From positions 1 through 64,000 of IMG/VR virus record IMGVR_UViG_3300033145_001156: a stretch of 64,000 nucleotides of DNA; one strand, given 5' to 3'. The position numbers were made by a program, and so were the translations under genes. This document shows, in pieces, positions 1-9,752 of the stretch (its first letter is position 1; every line of letters starts with the position of its first letter). The DNA is from a virus. The notes under the pieces were generated by a model, which had not been told where the DNA came from, made no database searches, and was given only the letters and a program-made list of their open reading frames with translations.

Positions 1-87
1 GGACAGGGGCCGATAGAGGACGTGTACGCAGCATTGGAGGCGCTGGAAGTAGCGTGCCAGGACATCATGCCAGAATGAGGAGGATGC

Positions 88-453
88 ATGCCACCATCGA
101 AATATGCGAAAGACATCGAGAAGATCAAGACAGCCCTGGCCGGGATAGTGCCGCAGGTGAAGTGCATCCCGGCGATCAAGGAGGCCATGTCGGACATGCG
201 CGTCGAGATGGCCGCGGTGGTGACGAAGATAGACCTGCTCCACGACAGCTGCCCGTACACCGGGGACATCGCGCTGGCAAGGGTGAACCACAAGAAGCTG
301 GGTGACGTGGAGGCAGACATCAAGGAGCTGAGGGAGAAGCGCAGCGAAGACCGCATCGACAGCGTGAAGGTGCTCGCGAAGGTGGCACTGATCGCCGCGT
401 TCGGAGGAGGGACTGCCGTCGGGTTGGACAAGCTGCTTGAATTCTTTCACTAG
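88..453 (+). CDS. Small protein with coiled-coil region and C-terminal hydrophobic segment (possible lysis/membrane protein)
   Basis: ORF track; GAGGAGG RBS upstream; C-terminal VLAKVALIAAFGGGTAVGL. Confidence 0.5.
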   Translation: MPPSKYAKDIEKIKTALAGIVPQVKCIPAIKEAMSDMRVEMAAVVTKIDLLHDSCPYTGDIALARVNHKKLGDVEADIKELREKRSEDRIDSVKVLAKVALIAAFGGGTAVGLDKLLEFFH

Positions 454-461
454 GAGGTGCT

Positions 462-1307
462 GTGAGCAGGAAACTCGTAGTAGGACTGGCCGACACGCAT
501 TGCGGTCATAAGTTGGGGCTGCTGAGCCCCGACACCAGGCTCAAGAACGAGACGGGCATCGGGTACTACAAGCCGCAGATGACCAGCCCGCAGGAGTACC
601 TCTGGGGCATATTCCTGGAGGACGTGGAGAGCATCAGGAGGCTGGCCGGGAGAAGCCCGGTCGTCCTGGTGTTGCTGGGCGACTGGATGCAGGGTGAAAG
701 GCACCCGGAGCAGCTGATGACCCAGCGCCTGTCTGACCAGGTCAAGATAGCTGCGGAAGTAATCGACCCGCTGCTGCGCCGCATCAGGAAGGTCGAGAAG
801 GTGCGGGCGGTGATGAGCACCCCGGCGCACGACCCGCTGGGCGCGCTCACCCTGATGGCCTGCGAGCAGATCCGGAAGGAGCACGGGCTGGACATCGAGA
901 CCGCCATCAGGACGGTCGCCAGGATAGGCAAGTTCGCGCTGGACTTCTCGCACAAGGGCCCGCACCCTGGGGGCAGGGCATGGCTGGACGGCAACACAGT
1001 CAGGTACAGGCTGACGGACATGATGCTGCGGGACATACTGCACGGGAAGGAGCCGCCCAGGGTGTACTGGAGGGCGCACCGGCACGAGTACCGCCACGAG
1101 CGCCGGGAGCTGTACGGCATCCCAGACAGGGTGTCCGACTTGTTCATCTTGCCCTCGTACTGCGGGATGGGATACTGGGCGGCGCAGAACATAGACCAAG
1201 CATACCTGACCAACGGGATGGTGGTGCTGGAGGTCATCGACGGCGAGTTCGCGGGATACGAGACGTTCAAGCGGACGAGGGACGTGAGGCTGGAGGAAGC
1301 ATGGTGA
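462..1307 (+). CDS. Calcineurin-like metallophosphoesterase
   Basis: Motifs ADTHCG, LLGDW, PAHD, SHKG, AHRH in metallophosphoesterase order; GGAGG RBS before GTG. Confidence 0.75.
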   Translation: MSRKLVVGLADTHCGHKLGLLSPDTRLKNETGIGYYKPQMTSPQEYLWGIFLEDVESIRRLAGRSPVVLVLLGDWMQGERHPEQLMTQRLSDQVKIAAEVIDPLLRRIRKVEKVRAVMSTPAHDPLGALTLMACEQIRKEHGLDIETAIRTVARIGKFALDFSHKGPHPGGRAWLDGNTVRYRLTDMMLRDILHGKEPPRVYWRAHRHEYRHERRELYGIPDRVSDLFILPSYCGMGYWAAQNIDQAYLTNGMVVLEVIDGEFAGYETFKRTRDVRLEEAW

Positions 1308-1540
1308 CGGAAAAGAAGAGAACCCTGGCCGAGGAGATAGCCCACATCCTGGAGCCCCCGCGGCAGGAGGATGACGAAATCACGGTCAGGGAGTATGCCG
1401 AGTTCAACGAGTGCACAATTCGCATCGCCTATACGCGGCTCATGAACGCCGCCAAGGACGGGAAGATGACCAAGCGGGAGATTTTGGCTGACCGCAACTG
1501 GTCTTGGGTATTCAGGATGGTGAGAGATGAAGAAGATTAG
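1301..1540 (+). CDS. Small winged-HTH-like hypothetical protein
   Basis: C-terminal part of ORF 980..1540; ATG 1301 after GGAGG; ITVREYAE...IAYTRL pattern. Confidence 0.5.
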   Translation: MVTEKKRTLAEEIAHILEPPRQEDDEITVREYAEFNECTIRIAYTRLMNAAKDGKMTKREILADRNWSWVFRMVRDEED

Positions 1541-2744
1541 CGTCGTCATCTTGACGTTGTTCTTGCTGGGCACGAGGGCGCTGGCCGACAAGAAGGGCGT
1601 CGCCGGGCCTGGCGGCTGCCCGGACGTGCCGCCGCTGCCAGCATTCTACCACGAGCTGGGGGTGAGCTGGGCCTACTCGTGGGCGTGCTGCGACTGGCAC
1701 ACGGGGGTCGAATACGTGCCCATGGTGCGCAGCATCCACGGTTACAGCGCGGACGACCTGATCCGGATGGTGCTGCGGCATGGCAGCGGGTCATACTGGC
1801 TGATAGGCAACGAGCCGGACAACGGGGGGCAGGACGACCTGACCCCGTCCCAGGCCGCCGAGGCGTACGGCGAGATCGCCCAGAACATCCTGCTGGTGGA
1901 CCCGAACGCCAGGCTCATCATGCTGGGACTCCAGAGCGGGAGCTGGGACGGGCGGGAGTACCTGCGGAACTTCCGGGCGGAGTGGATGGAGCGCTGGGGC
2001 TTCGGCGTGGACGACGTCGTGGCTGGCTGGCACGTGCACGCCTACGCCCACCCCTGGGGGGGCCAGACCCAGGACGAGGCCATCGCGCGCGTCAAGACGT
2101 ACGTCCAGGCGTTCCGCATAGAGATCGACAGGGAGAGCTCCGGCGCCGAGCTGTGGGTGACCGAGTACGGCACGCTGTACGGGCCCTACGCGAACACGCT
2201 GCATGTCATGGAGGTCATGACGGAGTGGCTGGAGGGTTACCCGGGGGTGCAGCGGTACGCGTGGTTCTACTTCGGCCACCCCAGCTGCGAGTGGGACGGG
2301 ACGGCGCTGTACACCTGCGCATCCGAGATGTCCTCGCTGGGGAGGTTGTACGCGTCCCTCGCTCCCGGTGCCACTCCGGCAGTCACCCTGTCTCCCAGCA
2401 CGACCCCCGTGCCGAGCCGAACGCCGCCCCCGACATGCACCCCATCCGCGACGATGATTCCCACCCAGACTCCTACCCAGACTCCTACCCTGATCCCCAC
2501 CTCCACACCTGTTCCCAGCTCGACCCCGACTCCCACCCAGACCCCCGCTCTCACGCGAGTCCCCGTCTTCATAGAGCCCCGGCTGGACATGACCGTGTCC
2601 CCTGACCCCGTCGAGCGCGACATGCAGAAGACCCAGGTCTTCATCACGCTGGTGAACCACGTCCGGACCCTGGTCATCGGCGTCCTCCTGGTCGCCGGGC
2701 TGGTGAACGGGATCGACCTCGCCGTCAGGTGGAAGAAGTCCTAG
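1527..2744 (+). CDS. Secreted, membrane-anchored glycoside hydrolase (GH-A clan, GH128-like) with Pro/Thr linker
   Basis: Signal peptide; WAYSW, IGNEPD (acid/base), WHVHAY, LWVTEYG (nucleophile), RYAWF; PT repeats; C-terminal TM helix. Confidence 0.8.
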   Translation: MKKISVVILTLFLLGTRALADKKGVAGPGGCPDVPPLPAFYHELGVSWAYSWACCDWHTGVEYVPMVRSIHGYSADDLIRMVLRHGSGSYWLIGNEPDNGGQDDLTPSQAAEAYGEIAQNILLVDPNARLIMLGLQSGSWDGREYLRNFRAEWMERWGFGVDDVVAGWHVHAYAHPWGGQTQDEAIARVKTYVQAFRIEIDRESSGAELWVTEYGTLYGPYANTLHVMEVMTEWLEGYPGVQRYAWFYFGHPSCEWDGTALYTCASEMSSLGRLYASLAPGATPAVTLSPSTTPVPSRTPPPTCTPSATMIPTQTPTQTPTLIPTSTPVPSSTPTPTQTPALTRVPVFIEPRLDMTVSPDPVERDMQKTQVFITLVNHVRTLVIGVLLVAGLVNGIDLAVRWKKS

Positions 2745-2761
2745 ACTTTGCGCAAAGTCTA
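2742..2761. repeat. Perfect 20-bp palindrome TAGACTTTGCGCAAAGTCTA, first copy of a dispersed motif
   Basis: Seen directly; core CTTTGCGCAAAG recurs exactly 13 times plus 6 variants. Confidence 0.95.
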
Positions 2762-2805
2762 ATCTTAAAATTCTCCGATTTGTTCAAAACTGGTGCTGCA
2801 AACCC

Positions 2806-2834
2806 TTGACAAATGCAGAGAAATGTTGTATAAT
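2806..2834 (+). promoter_or_regulatory. Consensus sigma70 promoter (AACCCTTGACAA family)
   Basis: TTGACA-17-TATAAT in an AT-rich intergenic gap. Confidence 0.9.
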
Positions 2835-3149
2835 ATAGACAGATGAGGGACACGCAGACACAGAGGAGAAAGCAGATGACAAAGCAGGAACAGGAAGCAA
2901 CCAAGCCAAAAGCATATTATACACTAAGTGAGGAGTTCGGGCAGGGAGTGGCAGAGACATACCTGAGTAAATGCAAACGAACAGTCATAGAATTCACGGG
3001 TGATGTGATGTATTTTGGCACGCGCGAGTCACATGATTATAGACTCCTAGTAGCTACCGGCAAAACCAGAGAAGAGCGCGATGCAGTCCGCAAGATCGAC
3101 TGGGCAGCGATCAATGACGAGATGGTGAGGCACACAGCGGGGCATTGAG

Positions 3150-3350
3150 TCCCGCTGAGGGGCTAGCTGAACGGGACAGACTTACAGTCTGTTGCCTGCT
3201 ATCCCACTGGGTCAACAAATGTGGAGATGCTGGAGCAATCCCAGTAAGTTCCAGGGCAGGCAAGAGGCCATAAAAGATTAGGCCCTACTGATAGCTATAG
3301 ATCCGTAAGGGGTTTAGGCGGACAGAGCGGCTCAATAATGAGTATAGCAA
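3150..3350 (+). ncRNA. Candidate structured RNA with three-way junction and loop-loop complementarity
   Basis: TTGCCTGC 3192-99 pairs GCAGGCAA 3256-63; ACTGGG 3206-11 complementary to CCCAGT 3240-45; flanking hairpins. Confidence 0.5.
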
Positions 3351-4023
3351 CAGGAGAGGATGAGCATGGCAGACCACATGACCACAGACGATAGAGCGGA
3401 ACAGGTAAGCTGGCTCAGGGAGTTGGCAGTCAACATCTCCGAGAACCTCGGAGAGGGGACGGCTGAGGAGCTGGTCGAATACGCTGAGCGCCACATAACC
3501 AAATAGACAGGAGCTTGCGCCTCTGCCGATTGCCTCACAGGAGGGGATACGATGGACTGGACAAAACGAGTTGGAGAGTTGCACAAAATGGCGCACGACT
3601 ACCATGAGACGCAACCGGCAATGGTAGAGGACTACGAGTCGCCGGAGCAATACGTAGAGGCGATGGTGCGGTGCGTTTGCGCAGGTGAGCATATCACGGA
3701 TCTTGACGAGCGACGGGTGGTTCGCAACGAGTTGGAGCGCATAGTCGGAATCGACTAGCAAGGAGCTTGCCTCGCGGGGCAGGCGAGAGCGGCGCAACGA
3801 TAGCGAGAAGGAATGAGATGATGAAGCCACGATATACATACAAGAATTTCAATACAGTGAAAATCCATTATACCTCTGGGCGATTCATTGGGTGGAGCAA
3901 GGAAACTGGCCCGCTCAATGTCCGATATGCGGGATTTGACCGCGGAGTTACCATGCTCTGGATACCTTTCTACTTGCTGACCAGGGCCACAAAGGACGCG
4001 ATAGCTATATTAGAGGAGGCATC

Positions 4024-4197
4024 ATGAAGAAACTTGCGACACTGAGCGTTAAAGTTCCCGAACAGGTACACGTGAAGATCAAGGCGGTTGCAACAAGGTA
4101 CGGCGTGTCAATAGCAACCGTTGTCCGCTGGGCGATCGCGACCTACTTTGAGGCCGAGGGGTTACCAAGGGCATTGGAGGCGGGCGATGGGGAATAA
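4024..4197 (+). CDS. Ribbon-helix-helix (CopG/Arc-like) DNA-binding protein, 57 aa, not in ORF track
   Basis: Manual translation MKKLATLSVKVPEQVHVKIKAVATRYGVSIATVVRWAIATYF...; GAGGAGG RBS. Confidence 0.7.
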   Translation: MKKLATLSVKVPEQVHVKIKAVATRYGVSIATVVRWAIATYFEAEGLPRALEAGDGE

Positions 4198-5133
4198 GTG
4201 GGAAATCAACCCTGACGATCCGTATGAGATCGTAGATGAGAATGGGGATGTGATAGCCCGGGCATGTAACGAGCCTGACGCTCTGATGGCAATGTCTTGC
4301 GCCAACGCCCGTCTCATAGCCACCGCGCCGGAACTGTTGGCGGCTTGCGAGTCAGCACTTAAGGCCCTGAACGAACTGCCCAGCAGATTGTGGCCGATGG
4401 GCATGGATGGGCGCCGATTCTGCCCGTATTACTTCGTGATCTCTGATCTGCTCACCGTGATCGCCAAGGCAACGCTCAAAATCAGCGAGGAGGAGATGCA
4501 TGGGCAGGCGAGACAGCAGCATAGTGGCACGGATATTGTGGCTGGCGATAGCGGCGGCAGCGATCGTGTGGCTGATGTCCCCAGGAATAACGAGGTGACG
4601 GGATGAACTTCGAGGAATGGCTATACCAGCGTTGTGCTAGTCCGGGGCGGGGCTGGCGTTATCGACTCTACCGCATCGTAGCTGACGCCAATCAGTGGTG
4701 GTTCTACACGTCCAGCTTCGAGCGCTGGACGGTATGGGTAGCGGCAATATTGATAGCGCTTCTGGCTGGCCTGGTGCTGGCCCGAATCATAGGAGGATGA
4801 GGTGGGAATGGGTGGAGCATATCAAGATGCATTAGAAAAGGAACAGAAGCGCAAGGCTCAGGTCAAGGCCGAAGCCCTGGCTGCTGAGGATGCGGCGGTC
4901 TACAATCTGAGGGAGATACGTAAGCTGGAGCAACGCACTGAGAGGCTAGGGCGCATGTTTGCAGATTCCGAGCGCGCGGGCGTTCTGCTCACGCGGCTGG
5001 TCGAACGGATGGGACACGATCTAGCAGTAATTGCGGGAGAAGGCTGGGGCAACAAAGTCTACACCCTCATTGGCCAAGCTGAGTACGACGCGGCCATGCA
5101 CGACGCAGAGGGGCCGGACGTGAAGAGGGAGGA

Positions 5134-5538
5134 TTGTGTGCCGTGAGTGAGCCGAAACGATGGGAGAAGACCTACACAAAACCGGAACGCTCAGAGATGG
5201 CTCTACATGCCACCTTAGCATTGGGGGGCAATGAGGACAAGGTGGCAGTCGTATGCCTTCGCTACGAATACACGCTCCGGGCCAAGGACGTGCAATTTGC
5301 AGAATTGGTAGAGCTGTACAACGACCTCTATGACCTATCGCAGACCACAGTCCGGAAATACAAGATGCTTGAGGCCACGCTCAAGTCTAAGGACGTGCAG
5401 ATAGCGGCGCTGGTGATGGCGTGTCTTAAATTCTCGAAAGCACATGGCTATGATCACACTACAGACATTACAGATGCAATGGTAGACCCACAGGACTGGG
5501 CAGAGTTTGATGCTGCAATCAAGGAGGCGACGCAATGA
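5134..5538 (+). CDS. Hypothetical protein, paralog of 5535..5855
   Basis: Shared LRYE.TLRAKD.Q and AAIKEAT blocks. Confidence 0.6.
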   Translation: MCAVSEPKRWEKTYTKPERSEMALHATLALGGNEDKVAVVCLRYEYTLRAKDVQFAELVELYNDLYDLSQTTVRKYKMLEATLKSKDVQIAALVMACLKFSKAHGYDHTTDITDAMVDPQDWAEFDAAIKEATQ

Positions 5539-5855
5539 GTGAGGCAATGAGTTTCGAGGAACGATTGTCGAGGGTGATCATACAATTGGGCCAACAGCGG
5601 GATGAGTATTTATATAACCGAACTCTGACAATGCTGGCAAACAATCAGCTACAGCTACGCTATGAGAAAACGTTGCGGGCCAAGGACGAGCAGATAGCGG
5701 CGCTAGTAGCTATACTAGAGAGCTTCATGTTAGAGCCTGGCCCGGAATGGGAACAGTCAGAACTTGTAGCAACGGACGGATTGATTGCTATCTACATTGA
5801 TGTTGACAAGTTCGCTAGGGCCAGAGCTGCAATCAAGGAGGCGACGAATGGATGA
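5535..5855 (+). CDS. Hypothetical protein, paralog of 5134..5538
   Basis: Same shared blocks; ATGA overlap. Confidence 0.6.
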   Translation: MSEAMSFEERLSRVIIQLGQQRDEYLYNRTLTMLANNQLQLRYEKTLRAKDEQIAALVAILESFMLEPGPEWEQSELVATDGLIAIYIDVDKFARARAAIKEATNG

Positions 5856-6546
5856 GGCATCACGCACATGCAGCGAATGTGGCAAGGAGCGCCCAGTATC
5901 AGAGATGCACCAAATCGAGATATGGGTAAATCGTAGGTGGCGTTGGCTCTGGTTCTGCAAAGACACGACTTGCGCGGGCGACTTTCAAATGGGTTGCGAG
6001 GGTTAGGAGGCAACATCATGAAGTGGAAAGTCACACGCAACGGCGAAGACCTGTACCCTGGTGATACCGGTCTGCCGAAGAGGGGCGCGATGCGACAGGC
6101 TCAGATGTTCAACCGCTGGGCCAAGGCGAACGGTGGGAAGGCGACGTATGGGATCAAGCCGCTGAAGGAGGGGAAGGGGAAATGAGAGTAAGTTGTTGGG
6201 AGTGTGGTAGGATATTACCCAGCATCCCACCCTACCACGAGGAGAGCAAAGACTGGGGCAAATACGAACTTTGTGGCAAATGCGAGGCGATCGCCGGAAA
6301 GAGGCGCGGGCGGGCGATAAAACGGGGGATATGCCCTTACTGTGACGGCCCACTAGAAGACGCCCCGGTTGATAATTATTGTTCACCCTGCCGGTGGTAC
6401 TTTGATAACTCAGATGAGGATCCCGGCCCGACACTTCCAATGGAAGACATAGATGCGGACCTTCTACCGGGCGATGGGATCATGACCCCATATGGCCCGA
6501 TGACGTCGGGATTCAATAGAGATAAGCCGCCGTGGCAGCGATAGGC

Positions 6547-6575
6547 TTGACAAGATTCTAGATCCGTGGTATGAT
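6547..6575 (+). promoter_or_regulatory. sigma70 promoter with extended -10
   Basis: TTGACA-17-TATGAT; 20 bp identical to the promoter at 8886-8905. Confidence 0.85.
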
Positions 6576-6688
6576 AGACTTGCTAGGGAGAGAGAAATGA
6601 GTATAATATCATCAAGCTCCTGGACGGCTCTCTCCCTAGCAGAAGAGATAAACCGGACGGGAGCTTTTGTTGTCTTACAGGAGGATGA

Positions 6689-8029
6689 GTGATGGCCAAG
6701 GCAAGAGTAAAGTACAAAACCAACCCGTTTCAGAAAGCGACGAAGGAACGCTCCAAGCTACGCATGGCAATAGACGGCCCAAGTGGTTCCGGCAAGACGT
6801 TTACCGCGCTGATATTCGCAACGGCACTGGCGAACGGCGGGCGCGTGGCCGTCGTTGATACGGAGCGAGGTAGTGCCAGCAAGTACGCCGATATGTTCGA
6901 GTTCGATGTACTGGAGTTGTCAGAGTACGCGCCTGAGCGATACATAGCGGGGATCACGGCAGCCGAGAAGGCGGGCTATGATGTGATCGTGATCGACAGC
7001 CTGAGCCACGCATGGGAAGGCAAGGGTGGCATATTAGAGATGCACGATGATGCCACAAGACGAAGTCGAAGTAAAAACTCCTACATAGCGTGGCGCGACG
7101 TGACACCCAAGCACCGGTCATTGATAGATGCGATGCTACAGAGTCCATGTCACATCATCGCAACCATGCGAACCAAGACGGCCTATGTCCAGTCGAAGGA
7201 TAGCAGTGGCAAGACCGTTATTGATAAGGTGGGAATGGCCCCGATTCAGCGGGCGGGCATGGAGTATGAGTTTGATATCGTAGCTGATATGGACTTAGGA
7301 CATACAATGGTTATCGGTAAGAGCAGATGCTTCTCTGTGACAGATGACGTTGTGTCAAAACCTACCGCTGAATGGTTCGAGAAGGTACGGGCATGGCTTA
7401 CCACGGGCGCAGAGCCACAAGAGAAGCGAGAGCCGGAAATGGAGACGACCGAAGCGGAAGCGCCGAAGAAGGCCAATGGAGATCCCCCTCGCCCCTGGAA
7501 GCCGGACGTGCTCAAAAGGAAGATGCTAAAAGCAGCAGAGACGAAGGCCTTGTCGGATAGATACGGCGGCGAGCCATCCCAAGAGCAGATCGGTCTCCTG
7601 GCTGGCAAGCTTGAAGAGGCCTGGGCTGGTGACAAGGGCGCAAAGCAGAACCGCTACGAAGTTCTGGGCTGGCTGACGGGTAGACGTAGCACAAGGGACT
7701 TGAACCTTCCGTGGGTAGCAACACTTCTCAAGTGGCTGCTCAAGGGCAAGGATGAGGCAGGCAATTACGAGTTCAACGAGCATGCACGTGAAGAGGCACG
7801 GTTGGTCTACAAGCAGGCCATGCTAGACCAGGGTCAGCAGGAGCTGCCGACGGGCGCAACGCCGCACGAAGACATGAACGGTCATGTCTATGGAGAAGCT
7901 GAGCGCGGGATTAGAGCGCACGAAGCCCACAAGACGCCCGACCAAGGCCAGGAGAAGGCGCAATTCGACGCAGCGCCACAGGAGCAACTAGATGGCCTGG
8001 GCTTCGGAAAGGGAGAGCATGACGCATGA
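6689..8029 (+). CDS. Sak4-like AAA ATPase / single-strand annealing protein with C-terminal extension
   Basis: GPSGSGKT Walker A, VDTERGS, VIVIDSLSHAW, YEFD. Confidence 0.85.
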   Translation: MMAKARVKYKTNPFQKATKERSKLRMAIDGPSGSGKTFTALIFATALANGGRVAVVDTERGSASKYADMFEFDVLELSEYAPERYIAGITAAEKAGYDVIVIDSLSHAWEGKGGILEMHDDATRRSRSKNSYIAWRDVTPKHRSLIDAMLQSPCHIIATMRTKTAYVQSKDSSGKTVIDKVGMAPIQRAGMEYEFDIVADMDLGHTMVIGKSRCFSVTDDVVSKPTAEWFEKVRAWLTTGAEPQEKREPEMETTEAEAPKKANGDPPRPWKPDVLKRKMLKAAETKALSDRYGGEPSQEQIGLLAGKLEEAWAGDKGAKQNRYEVLGWLTGRRSTRDLNLPWVATLLKWLLKGKDEAGNYEFNEHAREEARLVYKQAMLDQGQQELPTGATPHEDMNGHVYGEAERGIRAHEAHKTPDQGQEKAQFDAAPQEQLDGLGFGKGEHDA

Positions 8030-8799
8030 AACTACTAGCGTTCGACTTAGAGATAAGCCGGCCCTTTGTGAACGATGAATGGCGCGGAAAAGACCTGGGC
8101 ATTTCGTGTATCGGTCTAGCGTCTTTCGACGGTGATAAGCACGGCTGTTGGACTATCACGGATGACGCCGCAAGGCACGGAGACCGTGCCATGAAACCGG
8201 AAGGGCTAGGCCTGTTCGTACAGACCCTGGCTCGCTATCAAACAGAGGGCTACGAGATTCTCTCCTGGAACGGCCTTGGCTTCGGCTTCCCGATGCTCTA
8301 CGAATACGTCGAACAGAGGGATCTCTGTAAGAAGGTAGCTCTCGCTCATTATGATCTGGCCTTCCAAATGTTCACGGCCAAGGGCTTCATGATCGGCCTG
8401 GACACGGCGGCAAAGGGGATGGGGCTGTCCGGCAAGCTCGTAGGAATGAGCGGGAAACTAGCGCCGATGATGTGGTCGGGAACGGATGACGCAGAACTGG
8501 CAGAGAGCCTTGAGGCACAGACTGACCTTGTGCCAGGTAGCGTCAAGGCCCAGGAAACCGTTCTCAAATACGTGCAGCAGGACGCGGTGACGACGCTGGA
8601 GGTGATTGAGAAGGCGAACCAGCAGAAGCGGGTATCCTGGATATCTCGGAGCGGGCGGCGGAATACATGGCTTTTGCCCGTAAGCGATCCAGCATGCGGC
8701 CTGCGCAACGTCGCCTGGTGCCTGCAGGAGCCGGAACCCGACACATCCTGGATGAGCGAGCCACGTAGTCGCAGTGATTATGCGGGATGGTTGGAATAG
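8026..8799 (+). CDS. RNase H-fold 3'-5' exonuclease-like protein
   Basis: ExoI FDLE; ExoII-like WNGLGFG (Asp replaced); ExoIII YVQQD. Confidence 0.7.
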   Translation: MKLLAFDLEISRPFVNDEWRGKDLGISCIGLASFDGDKHGCWTITDDAARHGDRAMKPEGLGLFVQTLARYQTEGYEILSWNGLGFGFPMLYEYVEQRDLCKKVALAHYDLAFQMFTAKGFMIGLDTAAKGMGLSGKLVGMSGKLAPMMWSGTDDAELAESLEAQTDLVPGSVKAQETVLKYVQQDAVTTLEVIEKANQQKRVSWISRSGRRNTWLLPVSDPACGLRNVAWCLQEPEPDTSWMSEPRSRSDYAGWLE

Positions 8800-8887
8800 C
8801 ACCACAGTGCGCAGCCTATCGTGACAAGGGCTATCGTTGCCCGGGCCGGACGAAAGAACTCCCTAGACGACGGCTGCGCACTGACGC

Positions 8888-8916
8888 TTGACAAGATTCT
8901 AGATCTGTGGTAGAAT
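8888..8916 (+). promoter_or_regulatory. sigma70 promoter of the HNH-AP2 gene
   Basis: TTGACA-17-TAGAAT with extended TG. Confidence 0.85.
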
Positions 8917-9047
8917 AAGGCAACTGTGAGAGTGCCTATAGATCGAGTGAGGAGCTTTTTCATGAAGATAGCCCGCAAGTTGAACGGTCTGGCAACTCTC
9001 ACAGGTGGCCTCCTCCGACTTGCGGGTTTTCTTATTGAGGGGCAAGC

Positions 9048-9524
9048 GTGAAAGAGATACCGTTGACACAAGGCAAGGTTGCGCTAGTAGACGATGAAGA
9101 CTTTGAGTGGCTAAGAAAATATCAGTGGGTTGCAAAGGCTGATGGCAGAACGCATTATGCCCATTGTACAATTCGGCAAGATGGTGATGTGAAAATGCTT
9201 CTTATGCATCGTTTAGTCATGAAGGCCCTGGCGAGATTGTATGTGCATCATATCAATACTAATGGGTTAGATAATCGGCATAGCAATCTCAAAGTATGCA
9301 CAAGTAGCCAAAATGCTATGAACCGACGAAAGAGGACTAAATGTAGCTCTAAGTACAAAGGCGTACATTGGAATAAATCTCACAAAAAGTGGTATGCAAT
9401 GATAAGATTACGTGGAAGGGTAGAATGGCTTGGCTCATTTAACTGTGAAGTAGAAGCAGCCAAGGCATATAATCAGGCCGCCAAGAGGCTATTTGGCGAC
9501 TTTGCCAGATTGAATCCTCTATAG
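9048..9524 (+). CDS. HNH homing endonuclease with AP2 DNA-binding domain
   Basis: [44 protein letters not shown]; lower GC than flanks. Confidence 0.92.
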   Translation: MKEIPLTQGKVALVDDEDFEWLRKYQWVAKADGRTHYAHCTIRQDGDVKMLLMHRLVMKALARLYVHHINTNGLDNRHSNLKVCTSSQNAMNRRKRTKCSSKYKGVHWNKSHKKWYAMIRLRGRVEWLGSFNCEVEAAKAYNQAAKRLFGDFARLNPL

Positions 9525-9605
9525 GTAGACAACCGTGAGAAGCCACCGTATGAGGTTACGGTACAGGGTGTAGCAAGCCTGCACGTGGGGGTAGAGGCAG
9601 GCATA

Positions 9606-9752
9606 GGGCGCGGGCAGCGTGGAAGGACATGCACCCCTCGGCTGGGGTCCACACCCGTAGGAGTCAGCCGAAAGCCACGAGCCTTAACGGATGCGCATCC
9701 CGAGAGGCCAGCGATCAAGTTGGGAGCCGGTATCGAATCCGGCCCCGCGCCC
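9606..9752 (+). ncRNA. tRNA-like structured RNA (about 147 nt)
   Basis: 9-bp terminal stem GGGCGCGGG/CCCGCGCCC; T-arm-like GCCGG-TATCGAAT-CCGGC; D-arm-like GCGTG-GAAGGA-CATGC. Confidence 0.6.

Noticed and set aside
2370-2550. Short tandem repeats as CRISPR or VNTR (also 11811-11880 and 30661-30693)
   Set aside because: They are in-frame coding repeats (Pro/Thr linkers; WVP x3)
450-2677. Long minus-strand and alternate-frame ORFs (also over 41000-43400, 53400-55500 and 60400-61500)
   Set aside because: Shadow ORFs of GC-rich + strand genes that have clear motifs
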